From Rhodosorus marinus CCMP1338 (Eukaryota > Plantae > Rhodophyta): DNA of 64,000 nucleotides. Within the stretch, counting starts at the first letter, position 1; every line of letters starts with the position of its first letter. Both the position numbers and the translations under genes were made by a program. Positions 26,211 to 38,717 of the stretch are shown piece after piece. The stretch is taken from assembly GCA_029953675.1 (NCBI GenBank), contig JAMWBK010000009.1, positions 1,674,001-1,738,000 of the forward strand. The letters run 5' to 3'. A model generated the notes under the pieces. The model was not told where the DNA came from. It was given only the letters and a program-made list of their open reading frames with translations, and made no database searches.

Positions 26211-27201
26211 ATGTCGCAGATGTAAGCTTGACAAATTTCCATTTTTAGTGTTTGTAAGCTGCTTTCAAGAAAATCGATTTGGCAAAGCTTGGAGAGCCCA
26301 GATTTATCCGGAATTTGAGAGTGAGGTCTATCTAGATTAGGCGGTAGATTGACTGAGTAGTATGGAACAGTTGTTTTACTGTGTTGTTGAACGCACTTGC
26401 TAAGTGGAGGGTGGGGTGGGGGGTAGGGTGCGGCGTAGGGATGTGAGCGTGATTGCATTTACAAAATGATCCCACCATGTGCCTGTTTTTTCTGGTGAGA
26501 TTCTCCACATCAGTAGTGATGCTAGTGTGGTCTTCATCGACGCTGTGATGCCCTTTGTGAGGCATGCGGGGGACTACAAAGTTGCTATTGCGAAGAAAAA
26601 CGGGATTGGTTGTGTAGCCTTCTTGCGTAAGCTTGGATCCGTATAGACGAACTGGCAAACTCGTTCATTCCTTTTCTGGTACGAGCCCTGTTTTGTTCAA
26701 GTTTCCCAAATCTGCTGATCAGTGTTGTACGTGGATGTGATGGTGTCCTACTGTGGGTTTTCCCTTGTAGATCATAAGCGTTTGATACCTTTGGATCCTC
26801 TTATGATGAACATGTCGTACAGACAGGTACCTATTAATAGAACGCGGCGTTTGAATTCATGGTACACAGCAATGGGGCTGTCTGAGGTTCAGTCCCGGTT
26901 TGCCTGTTTCCAGGTGAATTGACGATGTACTGTATGTAGGGAGAAGAGCAAGGCGCAGTAGGGTCGTGAGGAAGGCTCGCAAAAGGCAGGTTTTTTTTTC
27001 TCGCTTCCAGATCGGCCATTGGGATTGCCTCGTCGTAGCTCTAGTTAGTAGCACTTTCATAACATCATGCATTTCGCAGATCGCACTCTCTTTGCATTCG
27101 GCGTCAAGCCACCAGCGAGCAAACCCCATCGTTCGGATCGTCTTCCACATGTGACAGGAGCTAACTATCGGGTACGCGAGCACGGTCTAGCAAAGGGGTG
27201 A
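26211..27201 (+). CDS. Putative multi-exon hypothetical gene (structure unresolved)
   Basis: Protein-like segments bounded by splice signals: aag|KIDLAKLGEPRFIRNLR|gtgag, HVPVFSGEILHISSDASVVFIDAVMPFVRHAGDYKVAIAKKNGIGCVAFL|gtaag, tag|DHKRLIPLDPLMMNMSYRQ|gtacc, and gcag|DRTLFAFGVKPPASKPHRSDRLPHVTGANYRVREHGLAKG*. I could not fix the start or phase all junctions. Confidence 0.3.
26409..26428 (+). other. G-quadruplex-forming motif
   Basis: GGG-T-GGGG-T-GGGGGG-TA-GGG, four G-tracts with 1-2 nt loops. Confidence 0.55.
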
Positions 27202-27248
27202 GGCACAAGCAAGGCATAAGCAAGGCATATGCCAAATCATCGATCAGG

Positions 27249-27646
27249 CTATTTTGTCCCTTCCACCTCCGCTGGCTCTGTTGCATTTGGTTCACGGGCG
27301 AGATCATCAACTGCACGTTCGAGGACTTGAAGCTCCTTCGCCAATGACTCAACTAGTCCAGAAATGAAGAACCGGAGGGTTAGCCTTCTGCGGTCCTGGA
27401 AACTCACTTTTGGGGTTCATCAGCAAAGCTCTTACCCTTCACATTCACCCCGTAGGAAAGATCTTTCAGGCTGACCTCCAATTTTTCTAAAACACTGTCA
27501 ACCTAAGAGAGCAGAGTCGATAAACCCAAATTTCGAACCAATAAACCCAAGTCGAACACAAATTTTTTCAGGAAGCGTCTACTTCAACCTACCTTGGTCT
27601 TCAAATCCTGTGGATGTTGAAGTTCTTCAGTCCTTTTAGCATCCAT
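27249..27646 (-). CDS. HSBP1: Heat shock factor binding protein 1-like coiled-coil protein (74 aa, 3 exons)
   Basis: Exons 27646-27593, 27502-27436 and 27352-27249 with GT-AG introns of 90 and 83 nt give MDAKRTEELQHPQDLKTKVDSVLEKLEVSLKDLSYGVNVKVESLAKELQVLERAVDDLAREPNATEPAEVEGTK*. The heptad pattern matches HSBP1 (QDL..V..LL..M...F..MS..I..RI..M..RI..LE..I.DL). Confidence 0.75.
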
Positions 27647-28181
27647 ATTATCATCTCTGAACAACTTCCCTTCGCCTTGCACAAGAACCCTGCCCACTTT
27701 CCACGCAACCCTTGCAAACTCTGAGAACAGAACCATTCAGATGAACCCCAATTTGTATAGCCGCGGAAACCCTTCTTACTCAAAACAGATAGGGTTTATT
27801 TCCTCTGCATATACAGTTTTTTTGTTCAAGTTGTTCAAAATTTCTTCAAAATCGTTTGCTGCGGCATATCGTGAATTCGTCCCTGCTCATCGCCTACAAT
27901 AAAGAAGAAAATTAGTTTTTTGAATTCTCTGTCTTCCATGAAAACACGGATATCGTTGTTAGTACAACCCTTGTTGTTAGTACAATACTAATAGTACATG
28001 TTTAGTACTAACTATACCAGCCTCGATCCTCGATCAGCTCGAGTCGCGGGCATGACAATGCCGGCGAGATGGTGAGGAAGCTGATAGGGAAGACGGTATT
28101 GAGCTTGTCTGAGAGATGGATGAAGCACCGGTTCGGGTAGTATAGGACAGGACGTGGTGAAACTAGAAGGAAGATTTTGGT

Positions 28182-30071
28182 GTGGGAGAGATGGCAACCT
28201 TGGCGGAGCAGTTTCTTGATGATCTTGAGGAAGATGTGGAAGAGGGGGTTGAGGAGAAGGAAGGAGAGGGCAAGGATGGTGATAGGAAGGAGGAGGATGG
28301 GATGGATATTGAAGGTGGAACAGAAGGAAAAGAGGGTGGTGAAGAGGAAGATGACGAAGATGATGGGTTGATTGATGAGGAAAGACTTGGGGAGGTTTTG
28401 GAGTTGATTCAGAGTGACAAGGTGGTTGGTTTGGATAGTGAGGAGGAGAAGGATCTTGTGATGGAATGTGTAAAACTCGCTCGACAGATCGATGAGGAAG
28501 TGTACAGATTATTCGAGAAGCTGAGAAACGATTATGCACCGAAGTTTCCGGAGCTTGAGACGTTGATCTTCAACCCTTTGGACTACGCTCGAGTGGTCTC
28601 GAAAGTGCGCAATGAAACTGACCTGACAAAGGTAGATCTGGCATCTGTGTTGCCCTCCGCTACGGTCATCACTGTCACGGTGACAGCCTCCGCGACCAGT
28701 GGGAAACCTCTCCATCCCGATCAACTGACAGGTGTCGTTAACGTCGCTGACGGTATTCTCCTCCTCGATGAGGCCAAAAAGAAGGTACGCCTTGCTGCCC
28801 TTACCAAAATTGATTCGGCAGCTTCTGCCTGAGCAAGTCCTCTAACCTCAACGAGCCACGTGTTCGTTTCCTCAACCCATGTGGATGGGTCTAATAGACT
28901 CTGACGTTCGTCGAAAGTCGTACCAGCGGTATGGCCCCAAACGTCTCAGCGCTTGTAGGAAGCAGGACGGCCGCCAGATTAATAGGGATTGCTGGTAGCT
29001 TAATGGATTTGGCCAGCATTCCTGGTTGCAACATTCAAGTACTTGGGGCGAAGAAAAGACGGCGCCAGGCCTCGGATAGATTCTCAAATCCCAATGAAGT
29101 AAGAGAAGCAATTCGCCTCGCCTTCAGTCTTTCTGCCGTCCCTTCGGACCTCCTTCCTGAATCAAAGAGTGTTTCAATAATGTTTCTCCTTTTTCATGGG
29201 GCGCTGCTTACTCCACATTCTCTCCTGGGACCTAGGGGGTAATTTTTGAGTCCGAAATAATACAGACAACCGGTCCAGATTTGAGAATGCGTGCATGTCG
29301 AGTCCTGTGCTCCAAATGCGTGCTCGCCGCGAGGGTGGACGCGTCTGGTGGTGCTCCTGACGGAAAATTTGGCAAGGGGTACAGAGAGGAGCTGGTTAAA
29401 AAAATTGAAAAGTGGAACGAGCCACCGCCTGCTAAGACCGCGAAACCGCTGCCGGTCCCCGATGAAAGGCCCGGGAAGAAGCGAGGCGGGCGAAGGTAGG
29501 AAGCGAGCATCAAGTACGGATGTACTGATTTTGCTTTGTGGTTTTCCTAACCCCGCTGGGTTTGTGTTGCGATTGGCAGGCATAGAAAGCAGAAGGAATT
29601 GTACGCGATGACTGATGTACGCAAGCAGCAGAATAGGATGGCTTTTGGCAAAGCGGAAGAAACGTACGGGAACGATATGGAGGATGGGCTTGGCATGCTT
29701 GGAGCGGAGGGATCCAAGAAAGTGCGAATACAGGTCAAGAAGACAGACTCGGTCGCCAAGGCGGCAAATCGGCGGCTTGCAAAGGTGAAAAACGTAGGTT
29801 ATTTCGACCATGCCTCGGTCCCAGCTCTTTGACCTGTTTCACCTAACTTGGTTACCCATTGATCTCGTGCTAACAGCAAGGTGGAAGTGGCGCACGAGCT
29901 GCGGGCTTAACAACAACGCTGAACTTTACGGATCAACAAGGAGGATTTGAGCTCGGAGCGATGACCCCGATGCCAGGAGGCCCGACACTTGGCCTGGACA
30001 GTAAGGATGGCACAAAGAGCGTGTACTTTTCGTCCGCCACTCCGTTTCTGGGAAGTGACAAAAGGAAATAG
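28182..30071 (+). CDS. PRPF31: U4/U6 snRNP protein Prp31
   Basis: YAPKFPELETLIFNPLDYARVV, Nop domain APNVSALVGSRTAARLIGIAG, KIEKWNEPPP...PLPVPDE...KKRGGRR, RKQQNRMAFG, and C-terminal LNFTDQQG...YFSS. Confidence 0.96.
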
Positions 30072-30463
30072 ATAGCACACGCTGGAAACCACAACCACTC
30101 GGAATTTCGCAGAACCGCTGGTCTTATCAGGGAGATTTCCACAAGGTGCTTTTTCGTGGGAATATCGTCAATTCCCAAACGGCTTTTCCATGGCCCAGCT
30201 TTTACTACCGCGGGGTATGGTTTCTTCCGCTACCGCAAAAAGTTCAATCGTGTCTGGTCACAACGCAACCGCTGACACGCATCGTTCGTTCATCCCGAAG
30301 AGGACATGGAACGAAAGGAGTAGTTCTGCTTCAAATCTTGAGCATTCCCACATCTATTTACATAACAAAAACATATTCCGAAAAACAACTAGAGGGTTTC
30401 TGAGAATACATGGCATCAAGGGCGCGGCCTCAAGGTTTACCGCCCTGTATGTACAAATAATAG

Positions 30464-33400
30464 TCATTCCAAAACAGCATTCGGAGCCAAGGTAGCAAAG
30501 CTCTCCTTGGCACTGTCAAAGAAGTTGTTGAATGTGATTGTATTTGTGCTGGGTTTGGATTGCTTGAATAGCACCAAGGTCGATCCTCTAGCACCTTTCC
30601 CTCCAAAAAATTCCACAGTTACCATCATCTGGCCTCTTGCAGTTTTCACTGAGCACTTCAACTTGTTCTCATTTTGACGCTTGAAGACGTTATCCGCATC
30701 TTTGATAAGGAACCATACCAAACATTATTGTAAGAATGATGGATTGTTCTCCACTTTCCACGCGGTGTAGGCGAGGTGAGCAGTGACTTACCCGTATCTC
30801 TTAGGAACAGCTTTCCCATCTCCTGCAAAGCAAGGTCCGGGGAGTATGCTGTGTCGAATTGGGTGTACTTCCTCTGCTGCTTGAAACCAACCAAATTCTT
30901 CCACTTCCTGACCACCCCTCTTTGTGCTATGCATGGCAACAAGATGCGCAATAGGGCTATGAGCAAGTGAACTAGTACATGCAACTCCGGTAGGACCGGG
31001 AAAATGTTCAGACACTCGAGCAGTAGCTCAGAAATCCTTACCAGGCTTCTTCTTGATCTGATCTCCAGAGAATGCTTGCCCTACGAACAGACCTCCTCCG
31101 GAACTTGGGCCATCCTCTATACGCGAGGCGTTGCTCTCCTTCAGCGGCGATACAGCTCCACCAGACCAACCGGGTGAGCCGGTAGCGGCGTACGCAGATG
31201 GGCTGTTTTCAGCCCCGACGGGGCTTCTAGTCTCGACATCTTCAGGAACTCTGAAGCGAGCGGAGTCCCGAACTACTGAATTCGTAAGAGGGATATTTGG
31301 CTTCTTCCCAGAAACCTTCCCCTTCTGTCTCGGGCCAAGCAGGCCGTTCATTGAATCGCTTCCGAGTACGCCGCTGCCAAGCTTCGGCTCTACCCGATCC
31401 CCATCATGACCCTCGAAACTAGCTCTCGAATCCGCATTCTCATCTTCTCCCTGTCCCTCGTTGAAACTGTCCCTTGCTGGTGGAGCCTGCACATCGGGCA
31501 GAGAGGCTGATCGAGGATCGGCAAGCTGCTTTCGGTTTCCCACGAGTACCGCGCTTTTTGAACCTAGCTTCATTGGCACACCTTGAGCGTTGTCGTCATC
31601 TTCTGCACACAAGCCAGAGTCTCTCTCTGCTCCTTGTCCATTTTCATCACCAACAATGTCAAATTCCCGATCCACTACAACCTCTTCCTCACTAGAGCCA
31701 TATTCGTCATCCTCCCAAACTTCGGAATCCCCTCCATAGCTGCTGTTCTTCCCAACGTCTTCAACCTCCTCCGCGGCAAACGATCCAGTGAGATTCGCAT
31801 CCCATACACGAAGCAGTTTCTGCAGCGGGGCAACCATTTCCTCGCTGATAACTGGTTGTTCGACATGCGAAAAGGAGCTTTCTTGCAACTGCATTTCCCA
31901 AACTAGCACCAGCCTCTCAAACTCCCTCATCTCCTCATTCGTAAGTGCAGCTGCAAGATCAGGGTGTGTTTCGAGCTTGTCCTTAACTGTGTTCAGAGCG
32001 CTCAATGTCAACCTTCTATCCTCCAAGTAAGGATTTCGAGAGGGATCGTCAGATTTCGAAGAACTCTGGAAGGACACGACTCTCGAGAAAGACTTCCTGT
32101 CCTTTTTCTCTAGGTCCGCAGTTTTCGCCATCGCAATAACTGTCTGAAGCCTGCGAATAGCAAAGAACTCTCCCTGTTGCTCGCTTGTCAACTTGGTAAG
32201 ACCTTCGCCTATTTCGTCGTCGTCTTCCTCATCTTCTTCAATCTCGTCAACCGGTTCCTCGGGAATCATGTCAACGTCTCCCTGAACCTATTGTCGAAGT
32301 GTACAAGTTCCGGCGCGTAAGTTATCAAGCAGAGCTCTAGCTAATTGGAAACAGGAGTAGTCCCTTCGTTTTGTTCGGAAACGTTACCTTCAGTAGACCA
32401 ACACCGATTTGGGCTCCATTCTCATTCTGGGCATAGGATGCACCATCGTCAGCGAGCGTGCCTTCAGCACTGAAGCAGTTATTGATTACACCGACCGACG
32501 AATCGTCCAGTTCACCACCAGGCGCCATATCCACATCCTCTCGCAAGCCGACCGCCCCGTCCTCTATTTCAACCTTTCCTGGTCCAGCACGCTCCTCTCT
32601 GTAGTCAATGTTCGTCCCGTGTTCGAATTCTGCAAGGTCGGCAGCTGGAATTTCAAGAACTTCCACCTCGCCAGATGTTTCAAAGCCTTGTCTTGACGCC
32701 CAGCCAAAATCTCGCTTCGACGTGTTTGGACTTTCGCCAGCATCCCGCATGCGGATTTCATGCCCCTCCAAGCCATACTTGGCCTGCAGCGATGCTGCCG
32801 GGACCGTTGTTTGGTAAAATTCAATCTCTTCACCATCGGAAGTCTCTTCGGCGACCACTTCTGCCCTTACGTTGTAACCTCGAGAGCCAACTCCTTCAGC
32901 GTCAACTCGACCCTCGTTAACTGCTCCCTTTTCAGACCGAGGGTCTGCATCTGTACCACGACGGTTTTTGTCAACGTCTACACCTGGGCTCTCTTCCAAA
33001 CGCATACCATTCGCAGCGCATGCGACGTCTTCGATGCCCTTCTCGCATGCAACGTCCATACTAACTGCTTCTTCCTCACCACGTCCGGCCACATGCAACT
33101 CCTCGCTTCTTTTCCTGGAGTTTTCTTCCAGGTTTTTGGGTTGCAACGTCAACTGGGCAATGTCCTTCGTCATCGCTCCACTGGACGGTCTGTCCTCCGA
33201 GCCAGATGTCGCCGGTGCCGATGCTAGGACCGGCACCTCGATTTCGATATATTCAGCTTCCTCCTCGGAATCAGTGTCAGGTATCTCCTCGATGATCTCA
33301 TAGGCTTCCTCGTCGTCTTCATCATCCCGCTTCGGAGAGGAGTCCTCTCGGGTGTCACTCAAAGCAGTCGCTTCTCGAGGCTCTTCCCCATTCCCCTCTC

Positions 33401-36358
33401 CTACAGTGTGAGCCCGGTCACTGTCGTGATCTGCTGACACTGAACTGCTGCCGCGTTCTGCAGTGACCGCACCTTCGCGGTCGCTCAGTTCTACCGATGG
33501 TGGTTGTAGCCGGTTTGCGGCACGCACAACAAGGTCAGTCCTTTTTTCACCGACTTGGTTATCGGCTAATTGCTTCCCGTCCCTCTCTGCTGCGATTTCA
33601 CCATGCTCAATTTCCCTCGTCAGCATCGGCGTCTCGTGATCCCTTGATAAGATCTCGACATCATCAGGTCCGCTGTCCATACATTCATAATCCTCAAATT
33701 TGCGCCTGAGCGCATCTAATCCATCGCTCACAGAAGCCTGAACCCCGCTAGGGTTCGAAGCTGTTCCGTGTCGATAGTAGGAAACGCTACTCGCACCCGC
33801 GCCTAAACTAACGGGCTTCGCCAAACCGGCAGTCGGCTGTGCTCTAGCCCAAACGGCTTGGGATGACCCGTGCAAAGAATTGTCTTCGGCATCCTCATCC
33901 TCAAACCTACACGAGTCCCGCAGCTCTTCCCGGTTTCCCAGATCAAAACCTACAGTGGCTCCACTTCTCGTCACGCTCCTATCACGCTTGTCCTCCATTG
34001 GCGAAAATACGCCTTGCTTTAAGACTGCACGAAAAATCATGAGCCAGAAGTGACATGTTAGAGCAAATACGAAAAGGATCCAGCTCGGGCGTGTTCGACG
34101 CAGAGGACATGTCACGTCTGTTTGAAGTTCGCAAATATACATACCTCTGCTCGGGGAGCCTACCCACTGCAAGCTTGGCCTTCCAAAGATTCCGTTTTGC
34201 ATGATATCTGTCACAGACATTTGAGACCGGAAGTCGACATCGTCAGCGTAAATGTCTTGCTTCTCTGCGTGAACGCCGTCTGTGCTATCTTCGTCCATGC
34301 GCTCATCCTCGGGTGGGTCCAAGTCTTCGTGTGCAGCCTCCTTATTCCCTGTTATGATCAGTTCATCTTCGGCCGCAACGTGGGCAGGATCCTCTTCCAC
34401 GAACCCTCCGTCACCTGCCGCGTCATCCGGGTCGTCCGATACCCTCACCGCCTCTTCCCTCATATCCCCAACGTTTTCCACGGTGTCTGCCTCGTGATCT
34501 TCGGGTGACGTGGTCTCCGCGACCGGTGCTGCCATATTTTCGTCGGCCTCCGCCCTCAGTGTCCCAGCTTTCGAATCGTCAGCCAAAGCCCTCTCATTCG
34601 ATTGTTCACCATCGGCACTGCCGCCAGTCATGCTCTCAAGGTTGGCAGATAATGGCAAAGCCGTTGGCGCAACGGGTTCCTCCCTTCTGGTCCAAGCCTT
34701 TTTTGGACTGGGACGGCATGCTACAAACTGGTCCTCCTTGTCGCGAGCTTCGAACATTGACGCGATATTGGCAACCAAGCTTCGACCCGGCGACTGCAGA
34801 CCGTGAGAAACTCCGATCACATCCATGTCTCGCTTTTCTGGACTTGTCTCAATCTCCCCGTCAGTCCTCTCCGAAACTGACGCGGAAATATCTTGAGCGG
34901 CAGAACCCGCATTCCCGCCTTCAGCCAATGGTGAAGCGATGTCATCCAAAATCGCAGGATTGTTGGTCGACGCATCCTCCTCCACACGCCTCTGCTTTTT
35001 TCTTCGAGGTCTAGATCCCTCGTCAGCATCACCCTCGTAATTCTTCAGAAACCACGGGTGTTGTCGTACCTGACCGAGTCATGGCATGCAAGTCACAACT
35101 GTTAGAGCAGACCTCTACACCGGACGAGGGTAAATGTAAAAAGCGGGACAGCGATCCAAAAGGAAACCAGACTAGGCAAAATTCATATCCGTTGTAAGCA
35201 ATAGTCACGTACCTGTCGAAGACCGATTCTCCGCTTAGGGTCCTTGTGAAGCATTTTCTTAAGAAGGTCCTTTGCCCCTTTGGATAGATGCTCTGGATAG
35301 TGCGGTTCCGTGTTCATGATCATCATAAACAATTCTCCGAGTTCGTCAGAGTCGAACGGTAAGGAACCTGTCAAAAGCGCGTAGAGCACTACGCCACAAG
35401 CCCAGCCATCAGCTTTCTCCCCGCTGTAGCCCTCTGAAGCTGCATAAATAACCTGACCAGGAAAGTAGTGAATAAGGGAGCGTCAGAAACTGAATTCCAA
35501 GGACAGAGCCGAGCTGTACAGGTCATTTGTAAACCGGATACGAACCTCCGGGGCTACATAGCACGGAGTCCCACACTGCGTCTTCAAGAAGCGTTCGTCC
35601 TTTTCCCCTTGTTTGCTCCTAGTAATTGAGCTTAGACCAAAATCAGTGACTTTGACCTCCTTCGACTCGGACAATAATATGTTCTCCGGTTTCAGGTCCC
35701 TGTGGTAAACTTTTCTTCGGTGACAATATACAACTCCGTCGACAAGCTGTTGAAAATATCTTCTAGCAGCTCTCTCCTTGAGTCCATGTTTGTGCCGTGA
35801 GATCACATCGAGAAGCTCCCCTCCGGTTACGAGCTCCATTACGACGTATATTTTTGTGCTGGTTGTTAGTACTTGATATAAGCGCACGATATTCTTGTGG
35901 TTGAGAGCTTTCATAATAGTGATCTAATACGTAGAAGGGTTGGAAACGATGTGTAATGGTCAGCCGCAACGGTCTCAACAGCGAGTGAAGCACATTGCAA
36001 TGCAGGAGTGCGAGAGGTTCTGGATCACTCAAGTATCCACTGTAAGACTGGATGAGCTAGAATCCAGCATCCTATGTGCGAAATTCTGCTAGCGGAGTGC
36101 TTACCTCACGACGAACGTTTTGCGTCAGGTCCTGCTTTTGAATATCACTCTTATCCATGATCTTCACAGCCACTCTCTCTCCAGTTTCCTGATGGACACC
36201 GAGTTTGACCCTGGGAATCAAAGCAATCCAAGATACATCCTGGTCAGAACGCCCAGAAGAATGGTTCCATGTCGCCATGATTCGTTCACAACTTACTTGC
36301 CGAAGGCCCCATGGCCAATGGTGTCGAGCAACAGATACTCGCCAACTTTTGCGGCCAT
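30464..36358 (-). CDS. CIPK/SnRK-like Ser/Thr kinase with very long acidic linker and C-terminal KA1-like domain (about 1,650 aa)
   Basis: Kinase motifs IGHGAFGK, VAVK, HRDLKPEN, DFG, CGTPCYVAPE and D(G)W. The exon starting VRQHPWF continues in frame into the 32337-34985 ORF, then the 31028-32269 ORF, then exons YTQFDTAYSPDLALQEMGKLF and KLKCSVKTARGQMMVTVEF...TLVLFKQSK...FNNFF. Confidence 0.88.
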
Positions 36359-38717
36359 GCCGTGCCAAAGTCTTTTCCTTCCTATTCCCACGCCACAGCT
36401 GTAGATCCTACCCCCATCAATCTCTCTCGAAGAACACTGAAGCCCTTCAGCTCACCTTTGTCAAGCGCCTAGCCACTATGGACTCTATCCAGCTCGGCCC
36501 TTCCCAACACCTTAAGCTGACAAGCGAATAGCTCCCAAAACACAAACACCCAAAAGCCCGCCAGATGCTATCAAAACAGCCCTTTATCCTTAACCTGGCC
36601 TTGTTCCACTTCAAAACTATTAAAATACTGAGAAGAGCGCATACTCTAAGGCTGAGATATGATCAACCCTATATCAAGAAACCATATAGAAGTCAGATAT
36701 ATCATAAAATTTCTAAAATATAATTTCATAAACAATTAAAACAAAAATCCCCCCTCTCCCCCTCCCAATGTCTTCACCAGTCTTCCAACGCTGTGTTCCA
36801 AACGGTTGAAAAAAAAAATTTCCGTGTATAGCGAAACAAAACGTTACTAAAAGCACGTGCTTAAGACTGGAAATCAAGCTGCTGGTCAAAAGGCAAGTCT
36901 TTCCTCGCCTAAGCCCAAAAAAACGTGATGGCCCAGAGAAACCGGGAACACGCTCTGCTGCCAAACGGGACAAAATGAATCAAGGAATGAATGGGGTCAA
37001 ATGCCCGTGTGTTTCGTCTCTAATAAACACAAACGGTTGCAAAAAAAGGGGAAAAAAGGCTGAAAGCGGGGAAAACCCACTAGCTTTCTGCTTTTCTTCT
37101 TGTTTTTAAAAGGGATTCATCTGGGATTAGCAACGTTTTTTGAAGAAATCGGTGCCCATAACGGTTTGAAAGAAATCGTAGATTGTTCCTTACTTGTTTT
37201 CCGAAAAACAAAGAGGGACGCACAACTCGAAGCTGTTGTTTCTTTTTCTATTCAAGTCTATCAATACTCCACCCCTTCAATGAAGAGCTCAGATGTCGCA
37301 TATAGAAAGCGATGGGGGGGTGGGAATTCTGGATAACGAAGGCCACCAACCAAGGGTCAATTCCTTGCTAGATTGCTATAGAGGAGCGTTTCTTCAACTT
37401 TTTGTTGTCAGGTCCCCGTTTTTGGGAGGGGAAGAAGAAATCGGCTGCAGATTGTCTTCCTCTCTTTTTTTCCGTTTCAGATTGTGTCCCATGAACTTAG
37501 GAGACACGTGGCGGGTGTGAAGATTGATAACGTTTCTACTTCTCGCTTGCCATTGGCTTGTGCTTTCTTAGACTTAAAAAAAATAGGGCGTCCCACATCT
37601 GCCTCCTGTCTTCAGCAATAATACCAATTTTTATGAAAATCTAATCCCAATTTTTAGACTCTGAAGGATTGAGACCGTTTGAAGTACTGTGAAACTAACA
37701 ACCCCGAACGGGTGTTCTACGAAAAGGGAGAGGGGGAGTCACAAATATGTGACTAGGGTGACATGCAAACTAACGGATTGTCACGGTCCATTCGTTTTCG
37801 AATTATTTTAGACCCTTTTTTGGTGGGATTACTGACAATTAATAGGCACAAATTGTGAAGCTCGAATGACAATGAGCAATCTTCGGGCTTAAGCGAGCTC
37901 TTGATCTGATTGACCAATCTGGAGCTGGCAGAAATCAGGAAGTTCTGGTTCGTGCTAATGTTGACGGGACCTTCAGGGACAAATTCATGACCCGACGTGG
38001 TCAGCAAATTTGCTTGGTCGAGACGTGAAAGAGCAAAGAACTGGAGCCTCCGACATGCTTTTGTTTGTTTGCTGTGCACATGCGCGGAGTCAGATCTCAC
38101 CTACGCCTCGACTTTTGTGCTTGCGCTCAGGACGAGCTTCACTCAGCTATCTGAAAGTTCTGGTCAATCGTGGGACTAGTTCCTTTGCGCACAAGCATTA
38201 GCCAGAGACGGGACGCGGCTACATTCTCGAGGGTTGCGCGGTGGGTAGGGGCCACAGGTTTTAATGGTGAGCAAAGAGGACAGGTATCTCTGAAAGCTTT
38301 CCACATGCGTTTTTCAGATTCGGGCAAAATTAGATTTTCGCTCGGAGGGGTACAAGGGGGGCAGCGGTGACTATATTTGAACTCCTACTCTCGATGAGAT
38401 GGTGCGGGCCCTTTTTTCCTCCAGATTGGGGATGATCATTTCAACCATCGCCCGACTTCGTGGGAACCCGCTCATCCTTCTTCGGTTCACTATTCTTGCT
38501 CAAGCACGTTCAGCTCTCGCGATGCACCATCAAACGATTAGTAACTATCGTTGGCCGATAGGAAGCTACGGGTCTTGTTGAGACTGAGTATCAACAAAGA
38601 AAAGGCCATTCCTGCTCTGTCAATCAGTCGAGTGTGCGATGACCCGCATCCAACCGCAGGTGGTCTTTCACAAGGAACCTGTGACTGGACTCAAGTAGTC
38701 TCGCCCGCTTGTTAATT

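Noticed and set aside
37890-38030. VDGTF resembling the first catalytic Asp of a MULE transposase
   Set aside because: It is a 50-codon frame bounded by stops, and no second Asp, CxxH or Glu motif is supportable.
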